Source: Octopus sinensis (Eukaryota). From it: a stretch of 64,000 nucleotides of DNA. Where the stretch lies: the NCBI RefSeq assembly GCF_006345805.1, contig NC_043010.1, positions 28,582,001 through 28,646,000 on the forward strand, given 5' to 3'. Made by a program: the position numbers and the translations under genes. The notes under the pieces are model-generated. The model was not told where the DNA came from and did not search any database. It worked only from the letters and a program-made list of their open reading frames with translations. Shown in pieces: positions 25,140 to 38,655 of this stretch (position 1 is its first letter; every line of letters starts with the position of its first letter).

Positions 25140-28100
25140 GTGTACTCATTACCTTGGCAATTTCCTTTTGCCTCCCTGTGAGTGTATTTAACCAATTATT
25201 TGGTACTGGTAGCTGTTTATGCTCCAACAGGGGCAAGACAACCAGATTTCTTTAGACATCTGGAGGTTTACTTTGTAACATCTTGATCTTTAGTGCTAAT
25301 GGGTGACTGTAGTGCCATCTTGGACGCATGTTTAGATTTGTGTGAAGCTAGCTGTCAGAAGAGAGGCATGCAAAAGCCTTGCAAACCTGCTCAGACATTG
25401 TCAACTGTCTAACAGGTACAGACTGGATTTCCTGAATGTGCCAGTGCGGACATGGACAAACTGTATTGGGTCATCTGTTACATAGAGATAGAGTATTCTG
25501 TAGGCCAGTACATAAAGATAGTAAAAATTGCCTGCTTTTTAAAATCATCGGCTACACAGACCATTAGTGATCCGTATGGTCAGCTTAGATTTTGTAGGTA
25601 AGGAGCTGGTTACTAGAAGCTGATTGTATCACTCCTGGTGTACCAAGCTTACAGAGACCAGATTAGCAAATTACTTATGCAGGCATTGATGGAGTCACCA
25701 ACAAATAGGGGCAAATAGATTAGAATTGATTAGGTTTAGTAAAGCATTAGTGATAGAAAGGAATAGAAAAGAGAAAAACTTACTTAGAAACTTAGAAGAG
25801 GCACTTAGGAAAGGTATCGCAACTGACAAGCTGGGGGCAAGATTGGCTCTGGACCAATTCTTCAGTACTTAGCATGAAGAATGCATTGTTAGGGCTAAGG
25901 TGCATGCTCTAAGGGATGAGGAAACAAAAGCCACTTGATGACCCCAAGTGGTAGAGGTGAAACATGGCAACAACGCCACAATTAGGTCTTTGATGAACCA
26001 AAATGGGCAGATATGTGCAACATTTCAGCAGCACCTCACCCAACTGTTTGGGACAAATGGCAGTCTGGAATGTAGGATAACTTCAGTGCTTACCTCAATA
26101 ACATAACACAACTCTTGGCAAGGAGGGTATAGCATTACAAAATGCCTATAACAGCTGTGGAAATATGGGATGTGATGATGGGCTGCATGGGGGAGCAAAT
26201 CGCCTGGTTGGCATGGTCTGCTCTATGAGCTTTACTTTTATATGCCAAACTTGTGTGGTGGCCTCTTAGTAGATATCTAGTACAACTTGCTGCAGAATGG
26301 GAGAATTCCTAATTCTGTGAGTCAAGGAGCAGTGACACTCCTGAGAAAGGACCCCAAAAAGGAAGGTCAAATATAAAAATTTTAGGCCCATAATGCTGCA
26401 TTCAGCATTATGGTGTTAACAGAGAGGTTGGCACTTGCCGTTGAGGAGCTTATTGGTGATGTGCAAACTTCACCACCCCAAGCAGATACATTCATGACAA
26501 CTTCCACCTCATGCGATACATCATAGACAGGATGAGTAAAGAATCTGACATAGGTGCAGCTCTGATAAATTTGGATCAGTCTAAAGTCTTTGATAGGGTC
26601 AACCACCAACACTTGGCAGCTGTTCTTATGGCAATCAGTTTCAGTCCTATTTTCCATGGCTGAATCACCTTAACGTACAGCGACATCTGCCTGTTAGTTT
26701 GGGTGAGTGTTTACCTATCAGAACCATTCAGCATCATGCACTTGATCTGTTAAGGGTGTCCCCTCTCGTTTCTTCTGTATATACTGACTATAGAGCCACT
26801 ACTGCAGAAATTGAAGGCATTGAGCGGTATCCCATGTGAACTAGGATGTAGAAGAACCATGTCAGCATACGCAAACAATGTCACTATCATAGTGTTGGAC
26901 ACAATGCACATAGAGTTGGTCAGCATTGCTGTAAAAGAATATGAGGCTGTAACAAGCAAAAATTAACCATGAAAAGGCAGTGGGCCTGCAACTCAGCATC
27001 TGAAGAGACAGGTCCATGCTGACCAATAACATTGTGGGATACTGGACAGAGGGAGTGGCTAAAATGCTCGGGGTCTGGCTTGGTCCAGATCTCCAGGTGG
27101 AGAAAAACTGGCAAATGCTTACATCACCCCTGTTATATATTACCACTTGACTTTCATGTCTTGCCCTAGTTTATGTCCAACTGCACTGGAGCGCATACTC
27201 TTCCACCTTCGGTTGAAGGGATGCATTCCACTGGTCAGGCACCCCATTTGCTGTCAACACACACTGAATAAAGGGTTGGGCTTGCTATGGCTGCTGACGT
27301 GCAGACATGCACTCAGGTTATGACAGCTTGTCTCTTTGACTGAGCTACAGTCCTGGATTAAACATAGACCAAAGCAGGGCACCTGGCACCTTGAAGGTCA
27401 TCAGGCACTCACAGTCCCCTGTGAGTTGGGCAATGCAGGCAGTGAAAGTTTCACTCTTGAGTTCTATAGAGGGTTAGTGGTGAGCAAGTGCGATGATGTT
27501 CCTGGGTAGACTGTCAATGAGAATCAACTGGCAAGTCTTTTCCAGAGGTCTTTCTGACCAAAGTTTATGAATAATTTCCAGAATCCTTGGACTGGCAGTG
27601 CTACTGGGGTCACTGCTGGTTCAGGATAAACTCTCCAGGCATGGAAGTGCCATCAGCCAAGCTTGCCTGAGATGCACACAGAATGACAAAACTGTTCTGT
27701 ACACTCTCATCCAGTGCGCAAGCATTGCTGACTTGTAGGTTTATGTCAAACACCTGCTGTCGTGTGGGACGGATCTGACTATCAGTTGAGTCCATCATGG
27801 AGATCATCCCGTCACCATTCTTTGATCAAGAAAGGCAAGTAGTGTCTGGTAGCCTTAGCAAAAATGGTTGTGCAGTGGACCAGATTGAAAGAGCTGAAGA
27901 CAGATACTTTCCTCTTTGGCCAAGCCTTCATCAAATTTTTCAAGTTTCACTTGAAAAAGAAAGTCAAGGTAGAGAGGGAAGAGCTGTCTCTCTGCAATTT
28001 TGTTAAAAGGTTGGTGAATGTTGCAAGAATCATCTGAGTGAATGGGCCTGCTCACAGCATGCACATCTAGGTTGAAGGATGATGATGTAGAGAGGGCAAT

Positions 28101-28300
28101 TACCCTAGTGGCTAGGGTGACCATGATTTTATGGGGTTTCCACAAGCAGCCCTAGGAAGTCACCTTCTTTTGAAGTATTTTTCATTGTTAAAATTTGTTT
28201 TGTTATCGTTTTCACTGTTTACATATTTGTTTTATGTAACTTTGCATTGTATGGTCTTGTACCATTCCCAGTTTTTTTTTTGTGAACCCTTAGAAAACAC
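25140..28300 (+). mobile_element. L1/Tx1-clade LINE ORF2 remnant, heavily decayed
   Basis: VYAPTG (APE), NFRPI, LDQSKVFDRVNH, GCPLSFLLY..IEPLL, AYANNVT, C-terminal CLRC..LIQC knuckle remnant; many stops. Confidence 0.75.
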
Positions 28301-28309
28301 AATTATAAT

Positions 28310-28532
28310 AATAATACTCCTTTCTACTAAAGGTACAAGGCTTGATATTTTGGGGGAGGGGACTAGTCAATTACATCAAGCCCAGTGTTTTACTAGTACT
28401 TAATTTATCAACCCCAGAAGGAAGAAAAGCAAAGTCGACCTTGTCAGAATTTGAACCCAGAATGTAAAGATGGGTGAAATATTGCTAAGCACTTTGCCCA
28501 GCATGCTAATGATTCTGCCAGCTCTTTGCCTT
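28310..28532 (-). mobile_element. Meta-like SINE
   Basis: Reverse complement of the family at 12654-12870. Confidence 0.75.
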
Positions 28533-28544
28533 AATAATGATAAT

Positions 28545-29787
28545 AACAAGAGCACTCAGAGAGCGCAAACCTCCGCCAATGCAGCACCAATGTCCTCTCA
28601 ATGATTAGCCAGAGATGATTTTTAAAATGAGAATATCTGAAATAAACTTGACTGCTCTCACAAATGAGAATACTAAAAATGAACCGGACCACTCTCAAAA
28701 ATTAAGTCCAAAAAGAAAACACAAAAATAATCCAGAATCCTTGTCTGGTACCTGATCGATCCCTATGGTATTCATAGAATGCAAAAGTATCTGTAGAAAA
28801 TTTAGTAACAGTAATAAATAGTTTGTCCTTATGTAATTACATGAAAAAATGCATGCATGAAAAGTAATATTCTTAAGATTATAAACCTGGAAAAGTACAG
28901 AACAAGTTATTACACCTGTAAAAGTATAGGACAAGCTATTACTTCTAGTAAAGAATAAGAAACTTTTTACTTAAAATATTGCAGCCAAAAATGCCAGTTC
29001 TTCTAATTTATCACTCTTTACAGTTATCTTTTAAATTTATTGTACAAAACTGTTCAGCTAATTTGTAAGTTTGTTTAATTAGTCACTTTTTTCTGTATTT
29101 AAGGTAATAAATTAGCCAAATTCTACTTAAATAAGTATAGTGTTATTTGTAAACAATAATAAAATAAGTTTTAATATTGTAATTTTAATTTTAAGTAAAT
29201 ATTTTAAGTAAGTTTCTTATTCTTTACTAGAAGTAATAGCTTGTCCTGTACTTTTAAAAAGGTGTCCTGTACTTTTCCAGGTTTATAATCTTAAGAATAT
29301 TATTTTTCATGCTCGCATTTTTCCATGTAATCTTTGATTTTTCCAGGCATTGCTGTTATAAGATAATTAATAGTTTAAGATTTTACCTTATAAAATACTG
29401 AAAGATAATATTTGAATTTTTCCATGTAAGTGATGATAATATTTCAATTTTTCTCGTGTTTAATTTAAATATATGTTGTGATTGAATTATTTGATTTTAT
29501 CCATCCACATCAAATTAATGGCAGGGATTTTTATCATGTTGTTGGTTGCAGGAGATAATTGAGAAAAAGTCAATGTAAGATCATAATCATGTAAATATAA
29601 CAAATAATTCAGAATCCTTCTTCGGTACTGGATCAATCCCAAAATCTAATCAGTTCATGCCAGTCATGAGGCCAAACATCCCTGAAAGTTTCATCCGAAT
29701 CCATCTAGCGGTTCTTGAGTTATCTTGTCCAAGGGCAAACAAACAAACACGACTGAAAACAATATCTCCGCCTTCGTTAAGGCAGAG
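28545..29787. mobile_element. Helentron/DINE-1-like non-autonomous element with nested foldback insert
   Basis: Subterminal cctccgcc (28570) repeated in the terminal hairpin ctccgcctt-cgtt-aaggcagag (29766-29787); (TAA)n flanks; internal inverted arms 28836-28980 and 29198-29331. Confidence 0.6.
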
Positions 29788-29789
29788 TA

Positions 29790-30228
29790 ATAATAATAAT
29801 AATGGTTTCAAATTTTGCCTCAAGGGCAGTTATTTTGGGGAGGGCTGGAGTCGATTACAGCAACTCCAGTATTTCACTGGTACTTAATTTATTGACCCCA
29901 AAAGGATGAAAGGCAAAGTCGACCTTGGTGCAATTTGAACTCAGAGCCTGAAGATGGACAAAATACCACTAAGCATTTTGCCCAGCATGCTAATGATTCT
30001 GCCAGCTTGCCGTCTTAATACTACTTATAATAATCCTTTCTAGTGAAGGCACAAGGCCTGAAATTTGGGGGAACGAGATTAGTTGATTACATCAACATCA
30101 GTGTTTCACTGGTACTTAATTTATTGACTCTGAAACAATGAAAGGCAAAGTTGATTTTGGCGGAATTTGAACTCAGAATGTAGCGACAGGCGAAATACTG
30201 CTAAGCATTTCATCCAGCCCACTGCCTT
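29790..30228 (-). mobile_element. Two tandem Meta-like SINE copies
   Basis: aaaggatgaaaggcaaagtcgacc..gaactcaga..ctaagcatt present twice (about 29790-30016 and 30030-30228). Confidence 0.75.
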
Positions 30229-30254
30229 AATGATAATGATGACGATGATGACAA

Positions 30255-30770
30255 TTCAGTACCAGGCAGTGGCTCTCATGGCTCTTGATCTTAACTGATT
30301 GGATGTGTTATCATGTACATCGCTTTGTCCTAGTTTAAAATATATTCTGCTCAGTGCCACAAATTTGCTTGTCAGTTGAACATGTCCCTTAGTGGCTGAT
30401 GATATGTGCAGCTCTGGTCATGAGCAGAAGTAGTTGGAGAGCATCATAGCTATGTGTTGAGAGGAATTTTGGAGGGTTTGAATAATTCACCTCTGAAAAC
30501 ATGGGTGTTTTGTTCATCATCCTTAAACAAACTTTATTCAGGGACCTTTTGAGTCGGATGGGCTACTCGAATTGATGAAAATTCTAACTTGGCCCCCACC
30601 TGCAAGGTCATGTGCTGTTTATCTTGATATGAGATCACCATGTTGTATACATATGGTTGTGATGCATGTGCCCTGTGTACCTTTATCAGATGAGTAGTCA
30701 TGATGGGTATACTGGGCTTTGTATATTTTACCCCAGTGTCATTTTGATGACATGCACTGCTCTCTCACTC

Positions 30771-30816
<46 letters not shown>
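30255..30816 (+). mobile_element. Unclassified retroposon 3' region ending in (AAT)n
   Basis: Non-coding block followed by a long (AAT)n run at 30771-30816; family assignment not possible from sequence alone. Confidence 0.45.
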
Positions 30817-30818
<2 letters not shown>

Positions 30819-30873
30819 GGTGGAAAACTGACAGAATCATTACTGCGTCAGACAAAATGCTTAGTGGCATTTC

Positions 30874-32760
30874 TCTCAACTACTCCAAGGATGTTTAGTT
30901 TGCATTTGTTAAAGTTGTTAGCCATCTGCAGATATTTCTCTTTTTCCTTAAGCATTCTTACATTAAGTGTTCCAATTTTCAGGTACTTTTTACTGTTCAT
31001 AAGTTTCATTCCTCTGTTCTTGCCATCAGCTACTTCCAGTTGGATTTAAAGAAGTACTTTCATCAGTCTTTATGTGACTTGCTTGAACATCTGGAATGTC
31101 TGAGTCAGGGGCTCTAACCCTGGTGCTGTTAATGTGTGGATTCATAGGGGTTTCAGTTGCGCATATTATAGGAGTCATAGGGCGCTGCTCCATGTGGTCC
31201 TGCAACACAACTACCCAGCCCCATCCGAGCAACTCCATTTATGCCTTTTAACACCTCATGTGTGGATTCATAGGGGTTTCAGTTGCGCATATTATAGGAG
31301 TCATAGGGCGCTGCTCCATGTGGTCCTGCAACACAACTACCCAGCCCCATCCGAGCAACTCCATTTATGCCTTTTAACACCTCTTATACTCTGAACCTTC
31401 TAAAATGTCTACATCATCCTCTTCCAACAATTTTTCATATGTTAAAAGGTCTGGTAGTCTGTTCCAATCATATCCACTTTCATGCCTTGCCAACCTCACC
31501 TTTTGTTCCTCTGTGGTTACCACACATTGGTGCCACCTCTTAACATTGTCATACCCCTCTGTTTCCACTTTTTTCCACTCTTCCCATGTCATTACCTCCT
31601 TACATAATTCCTCATTTGTATCATCATACATTATTACAGTACATTTTTTTCTTTTCTGCCTGGCTGGAGTTTGAGGGGGTTTGTGTGTACTTTTCTTTTT
31701 CTTTTGTTTTTGTGTCGGAGGGGAATGGGTAGGCTTGATGCCTGTTGGGGATGGTGGGTCTGAGAGGGTGTGGGTTGGGGTTTAGAGTTCAAAACACTTG
31801 CCTTCTTTCTCTTTCTTCTGGTGACTTTTCCCACCTGTCCTCCATTGCCACTACTTCCTCCTCCTTTCTGGAACTCCCCAACCTCTCTTCCTTTTGCTCC
31901 TCCATATTCTTTAGTTGCTTCTCCTCTGCTTTTTTGGTCTGTGAAGGGCAGTCTGCTCTAATGTGGCCCTTTAGGCCACATTTAAAGCATCTGGGGGCTC
32001 TGCTCTCCACCCTGACTGTCATCACGTCATCCATAATTATTGACTCTGTGATATTTTCCAGAGTCTCAGTTGAACAATCAGGTTCAGTGTTTGTCCCTTC
32101 CATATTAGGCTTTCCTTTTTTGTAGCCTGGAGAACCACTATGTTGTCTTCGTTTCCAAGAAGGAAGCATCTGCTACCCAGGCCACATCAATCTCTGGTGG
32201 AATTCCTTCTATGCTGATTCTTGTTGCTCTTAGTCCTTGGTAAGTGGGCAGAAGCTTTTGATGGATGTCGCTGCTTGTTTCCTTGCTGTTGCCGTGCCCT
32301 TGAACCTCACCTCCACTACTCCAAACATTGAACCTCTTGCGAGGTACACGATATCACTCCATATCGGTCTCAGAGCCTTTTCCATCTGGTCCATAGTCAC
32401 AATGTCAATTTTCCCATCACTTATCAAAAGGTTCAGTACATTATTGTCCTTTCCTTAATATTATTACGTTCGGGGGGGGGGGGCAGCTTCACCTTAAAAC
32501 CATCCAGACTTAATAAATCTGTATACCTTCCAAATTTTCCCATATCCATTTCCTTCTCCTGGCATTTTGCTGCATCAGCAAAATTCTTCTTCTTCAATTG
32601 ATCGTCCATCTTTCGGACCACCTCCAACAATTCCTCTTCCAATGACAATATGTCTGAGAAGCTATAGTCTTCTACAGACATGTTTTTACTAAGCTTTCTC
32701 TCCTCTCATGAGAACAGAAAGCACAAACAAACAAACCGCTGCAAAGCAGCACAACATATT
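30874..32760 (-). mobile_element. 5' half of a two-ORF LINE: decayed ORF1 with CCHC knuckle, inter-ORF repeat, start of ORF2 endonuclease
   Basis: RCFKCGLKGHIRADC (CX2CX4HX4C); ORF2 start MKLMNSKKYLKIGTLNVRMLK..LNILGVVE (31009 to 30874) matches APE motif I. Confidence 0.72.
31132..31383. repeat. Identical 126-bp tandem duplication
   Basis: 31132-31257 equals 31258-31383. Confidence 0.92.
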
Positions 32761-33374
32761 CAAAAACTATAGAAAAAATACACCAGTACAAAAAGCAAAG
32801 TATAAAATATACAAACATTGTAAAGAACCATGTGGTCTAAACAATTTCACATTTCCTACAAATTAGGTCACTTACCTGAAGGAAATATTCATTCCTTGTT
32901 GATTTTATGCCCGTTTTCTCACAGATATATCCTTGAATGTGAGTGTATATATGTGGCATTTATTTTGGCTGAATTTGACAGACATCTATCATTTTCCCAT
33001 AAATGCAATACACTAGTGAATGACCTGTTAAAGGCCTATAACCAGTGACATTGTGTTCCACAAAATAACATAGTTGATAGCTATGTGTTTATTTTTGGAG
33101 AAACCACACATTCTGCTCATCCTGACTACTTGAAGTCTACTTTCCAAATGTGTTTCACACAGTTTATGCCTCTTTAAGTTTTATCCTTCTTAAACATGGA
33201 TGTTCTGTTAGAACAAACTATACTGCAGTAGGTACCATGTGAGAAACTCTCGTATTTGCTCTTTGGTGCAAAATGCACTCTTGTTTATATCACTAGTGGG
33301 GAAATAAATCTCTGCCAATTCCAATGCCGAGACCACCAAGTGAAACAATTGGAAAAGCATTGGAAAAATATATC

Positions 33375-33775
33375 ATTTACTTGTTTCAGTCATTAGACTG
33401 TGACCATACAGGGGCACCACCTTTAAGCATTTTAGTTGAACAAATCAACCTCAGTACTTATTATTTTTTGTAAAACCTGGTACTTATTTTATGAGTCTCC
33501 TTTACTGAACTGCTAACTTACGGGAACATGAACAAACCAACACCGGTTGTCAAGTGGTGCTGAGGGACAAACACAGACACAGAGACGTATACACACACAC
33601 ACACACACACATGATATGATTCTTTCAATTTCTGTCAATCAAATCCACTCACAATGCTTTAGTCAATCTGAGGCTATTGGTAAAAGACATTTGTCCAAGG
33701 TGCCATACAGTGGAACTGAACCTAGAACTACATGGTTAGGAAGCAAACTTCTTACCACAAAACCACACTTACACC
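33375..33775 (-). mobile_element. CORE-like SINE
   Basis: Homologous to 11745-12123. Confidence 0.75.
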
Positions 33776-33799
33776 CCATTTCTTATAGTTCTTTAAATT

Positions 33800-34020
33800 G
33801 TGAGATTATTAAAGGTATTGAGATGATAGAATCGTTAGCATGCCTGACAAAATGCTTCACAGCATTTTTCCAGTTTTTATGTTCTGAGTTCAAGTTCTGC
33901 CAAGATTGACTTTACTTTTCATCCTTTCAGGGTCAGTAAAATAAGTGCCAGTCAGCACTGGGCTCAGTGTAATCAACTTGACCACACTACCAAAATTTCA
34001 GGCATTGTTCATATAACAAA
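33800..34020 (+). mobile_element. Meta-like SINE, diverged
   Basis: gaatcgttagc..gagttcaagttc..ttttcatcctttcagggtc. Confidence 0.6.
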
Positions 34021-34680
34021 GAATTATTGTTATTACAGGCAATGAATGGGTAGAAGCATTTGAGCTTAGAAAAAATGCCCTGTGGTATTTGTTTCAGCCC
34101 TTTGCATTCTGAGTCCCATCAATTCAAATTTGCTTTTCATCTCTTGGGATTGATGAAATGAAATATCAGTCAAGTAATGTGGTTTGTGGTATCAACTAAC
34201 CTCTTAATGCCAAAATTGCTGACCTCATGCCTAAATCAGAAACTATTATTAATATTATTTTGATACATTGACAGGTTAAGGGATGGGGATCTTAGGTACT
34301 GGTAAGATAAATAGAAATAGGGAGGATTTGGTAGTCAGTAGCCCTGAACATTGACCAGTGTTGGCTTAAGGTTAGTAGGTCACAGAGCAAAGAGCCAAGG
34401 TCTTAAAGGTGTAACATGTCTATAAATAAAACATGGGTTGATACCAGTGTGTGTGTGTGTGTGTAGCTTTCTATCATCATTCTCTCTCTTATACATTCTT
34501 GCCTGCATATATATATGTGTGTGCGTATATATATATATATATATATATAGGAAGTACTGGTACAAGGAAGGTACCAATTTTTGCTGTGCCACTATTTCCT
34601 ATTTATAATTCTACCTTTACAGTGCTTATTTCGCTGGAAAATAATACTATTGTATTGTAATAATATTTATAATTTATATA

Positions 34681-34724
<44 letters not shown>

Positions 34725-35297
34725 CACACACACACCTTTATTCAGAAATCAAGATTTCAATGTGTAATTTTTTCAGTTTTAAAAATACATTTTGATTTAA
34801 CTGAGAAAATTTGTCATAAATAGAAAACATATAATTTTAATTATCAAACTGATAAGTATTCTCAAAAACAAATTTAAACTTCATTTGTAAACTTCATTTG
34901 TAATTAAAATAAAACAACTTTATTTCACCTTTTAATCAACAAATATTTTGATATTTTTCATATATATATATATTGCCTAGATTGATCTGCATGCTATAAA
35001 ATGTGTCATGATGTATCAAAACAATTTTATTTGAAGAAGCAGAGCAATAAAAAAAAATTATATCCTGCAATCGACAGACACATTTGCCCAATCCCCAGCA
35101 AAATCAAAATCATCAATGTCCCCACTGAGACTTCATAGCAAAATTCATACCTGGACTCAAATTACATTCATGCATCCATTGTGAATAAATGCAGTTTCTT
35201 TTATTTTATTCTTAAGTTGTTTTTTCTTTTTTCTCACTTTTTTCTTTTCTTTAAATCTTTAAACACTCATATGTCAAAATTGATGGGAGTGACCATC

Positions 35298-35366
<69 letters not shown>

Positions 35367-35774
35367 TCATCATCATCATCATCGTTTAATGTCCGTTCTC
35401 CATGCTAGCATGGGTTATATATATATATATAAAATATCAAAACAACATCGAACACATACACAAGGCATGTGTTTTGCTGTTTTAGTAGTTCATGGGTAGG
35501 CTGCACTTATAGGCATTAGAGAATATATTCTCTTCTACCTATAAGTGCAACCTACCAATGAAATAGCAAAAAGCATACCTTGTGTGTGTGTGTGTGTGTG
35601 TTTGATATTGTTTAAATCCCTCAAGCTGCTTTTAACTCACATTTGAATACACACACACATGCACAAATGACCTAAGAGAAATAACTCATGATGGCCACTG
35701 GCATGTGTTTGAATAGTAAAGACATATATCAATTTAGGTATGTGTGTGTATTATATTTATATAAAACAGATATG

Positions 35775-35925
35775 TGTGGCTGTGTAGTAAGAAGCTTGCA
35801 GCCCTACCACATGGTTCTAGGATCAGTCCCACTGTGCGGGCAAGTATTTTCTACTATAGTCTCGGGCTGACCAAAGCCTTGTGAGTGGATCTGGTTTGAT
35901 GAAAACTAAAAGAAGTCCGTCATGT
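35775..35925 (+). mobile_element. CORE-like SINE 5' half
   Basis: tggctgtgtagtaagaagcttg..ggatcagtcccactg..gggcaagtattttctactatag. Confidence 0.7.
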
Positions 35926-35999
35926 GTGTGTGTGTGTGTCTTAAATAAGTCCTTGGATGAATTTGGGATCTTTGTGGTTTCCATTTCTGTTCACAATTA

Positions 36000-36901
36000 T
36001 TATTAAAAAAATTTTTAATGTATCATGTAGATGTAATTTTTGATGCAGAATCCAAATTTGTTATTCATTTATTCCAGAAAAATTTTGCAAAAATGTTACA
36101 GATGTTCAAAGTTTGATCATTTTCAGAATTTTCAACCAATCAGAAAACAGCATGTTCACTGCCTCTTCCATCATTGGGGATGGGGGGAGGGTATCTGCAT
36201 GTCAGAACATTAAACTAGCCCGGGAGCAAATGAAATTTGGAAACGACATGCTGTACTGCTTGACATTTTTGAGTGTTTGGGTGTCAGTCTGAGGATATGT
36301 ACCAAGAGTGATAAAAATCAGATATCCAGTCAACATGATGGGGTTTGGAGTGATCACTAGTGATGGCAACATTATGCTTCCATTCATCTTCCCACATGGC
36401 CTCGGACTCAACACGGAGGCCTACATCATGTGCCTGGAGCAGGTAGTGCTGCCCTGGGTCAAGAGGGTGGATGCTGGAAGACCCTATGTCTGGCAACAAG
36501 ACTCTGCACCTTGCCACACAAACAGGAGAACCCAGTCATGGCTGTCACACAATTTCTGTGACCACATCACCCCTAACATCTAGCCACCTAACTCCTGCAC
36601 ACTGAAATCCCCTTGATTATTGAGTGAGAGACCAACAAAATGCCAAAGATGAACTGAAGGCAAGGATTATGGCAGCATTCACCAACTTAAACAAGGAGAC
36701 CATCCAGAAGAGTTGCAAGAGATTCCAAAGTCATCAGGAGGCTGTGGTAGAAGCCTATGGTGATTTTATTGAATAAATTTACTCTAGTATTTCAAGATAT
36801 CTTTATGTAATTTTTGTAAATATATGTTAAAATGAGATAGATGTCAGTGTTTATTTTCATTTTTTGTAATTTTAGATAACAATGTATTCACTGCACCCTA
36901 T
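36000..36901 (+). mobile_element. maT-like (DD37D) Tc1/mariner remnant, C-terminal catalytic region
   Basis: WQQDSAPCH..HITPNI*PPNS; spacing to the expected SPDxNPLDY motif is 37 aa; right end cactgcacccta-ta. Confidence 0.75.
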
Positions 36902-37840
36902 ACATAAAAATCTAAGCTTGAAAGAAATGGGCTTCTGCTAAAGGCCCATGAAATTTTAAGTTGTACGGAGCCAAATCAAACAGTTTTAAATAATACATGT
37001 AACTCCTACAAAATGTGTTGAGTGTCTTTTTCTTCATTTGTCCACTTGCTCGTGTGTGTGTGTGTTTATTTGTGGTGTCCTGTACTCATATATATATATA
37101 TATTATATTATAATAAATCAGAGATAAAACCACTATTAGGCAAATCAAACAATGAAAAACATAAGCCAATACATAAAATTAATTTAATTTATATTATTTT
37201 AAATATATATCAAAAGTATTAAAAGTGTAAAAGATAAAGAGTAAAACACTGCTATCGTTTCATGGCTGTACAATTCGAATAACAATAATTTAAATTCAAT
37301 TAATAATTCGAGTTATGGTTACAGTCAATCTTCAGGTTAATTGAAATATCTAAAAAATAATCAGAAATATTTAAACAATATTTTTAAGATATAAATAATA
37401 TAATAATTTTACTTATAATAAACTCTATTATCAAACTAGAAACATAACTTAACAATTATGATTATATCAAAATCGACTATAATGTTAAATATTAATTTTA
37501 ATTTATAAGGTAGGAAACCCACCAATAATCTAATATCGGTATTAATCTATATCTAATTACATAAATATTTAAAAATGACTATTATATATAAATTATCAAT
37601 GAAAATATATAAATGTATATAAATATTATAATTAGGATCTAAAATAATCTCTATGAATAAATATATATGCACATATAATAAAAACCTAATAAATTAATTT
37701 TTCATATTTAAAGATGAAATAGCTAATGCATGTATATATACATATAGATGTAGGTACATACATATATTTTATTTATTAAATTGTTATTATATGACTGAGC
37801 ACCTCGCGTTGTTTCGTTTCTTATCCTCCAAGTAAGTTTT

Positions 37841-37907
<67 letters not shown>

Positions 37908-38655
37908 CAAAATGTGACAAGAACGCAAAACATCCGGATAACTAGGTGATACAAAAAGGGGACAAAACATCCAGATAGAGGAAACAAAAAAATAAGGACA
38001 GGTCATCTGAAGCTTCCTATCCTCAATCAAGAACCAATCTGGCCAGCCCCAAGGAAAACCTAAGCTAAGAACATTAGATTCCTTGGAAGAAAGCATCGAA
38101 TGTATACGAAAACAAGGACAGAAAAACAGACGATGTTACATGAATATAAATACAAAATACAATAAAATTTTTTAAAATAATAATAATAACAGGACATAAC
38201 AACAGGTGTCTTTCGACTGAGGACGAATTGAATTCAGCCGGTGTGTGTGGAAATCAAGCCTTACGGCAAAGATACATAACTTTTACAAACACAGGGAAGA
38301 ATATCGATGTTGCAGTGACCACAGTCAAATGCAAAAAGAGGGCTAGCAGCCTGAGCTATCAGTCACATGAGAAGAGAAGAGAGAGAAAAAGAGGAATGAA
38401 AGGAGAGGGAGGGTTGTAGGAGCAGATGGACGGAAGAATTAGGGAGGGGCGAGAAAAAAAATGACAGGGACATAGTGAAGTGAAACGTGAGTAAGAAAGG
38501 CAAAGAAATGTGAGAGGGGGGAAAGAAAGAACGAAGAGTGGAATGAATGAATAAGCAGGAAAAAGTTGAAAAAGTTAATTTAGTAAAATGTGTACTTACA
38601 TAAAAGAGAACAAAGTGTACGTATGCCACTATATATATATATATACACACACACA

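Noticed and set aside
32471-32483. G13 run as a regulatory G-quadruplex element
   Set aside because: It lies in decayed LINE ORF1 (poly-Pro on the sense strand); likely homopolymer slippage or sequencing error.
32876-32959. Minus-strand mini-exon MPHIYTHIQG..YFLQ ending at a perfect CAG|GTAAGT
   Set aside because: By rough estimate about one such 9-mer is expected by chance on both strands of 64 kb; no recognisable protein and no partner exon.
35060-35200. Minus-strand open stretch ..GMNFAMKSQWDIDDFDFAGDW..
   Set aside because: No polypyrimidine acceptor and no recognised homology; could equally be decayed transposon sequence.
37095-37790. Mitochondrial insertion (NUMT)
   Set aside because: No rRNA or tRNA landmarks recognised, and the frame checked under the invertebrate mitochondrial code was closed; kept only as an unexplained AT-rich block.
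38195-38270. Additional hammerhead near ctgaggacgaa / gaaagacacc
   Set aside because: Core and helices could not be placed in register on either strand.
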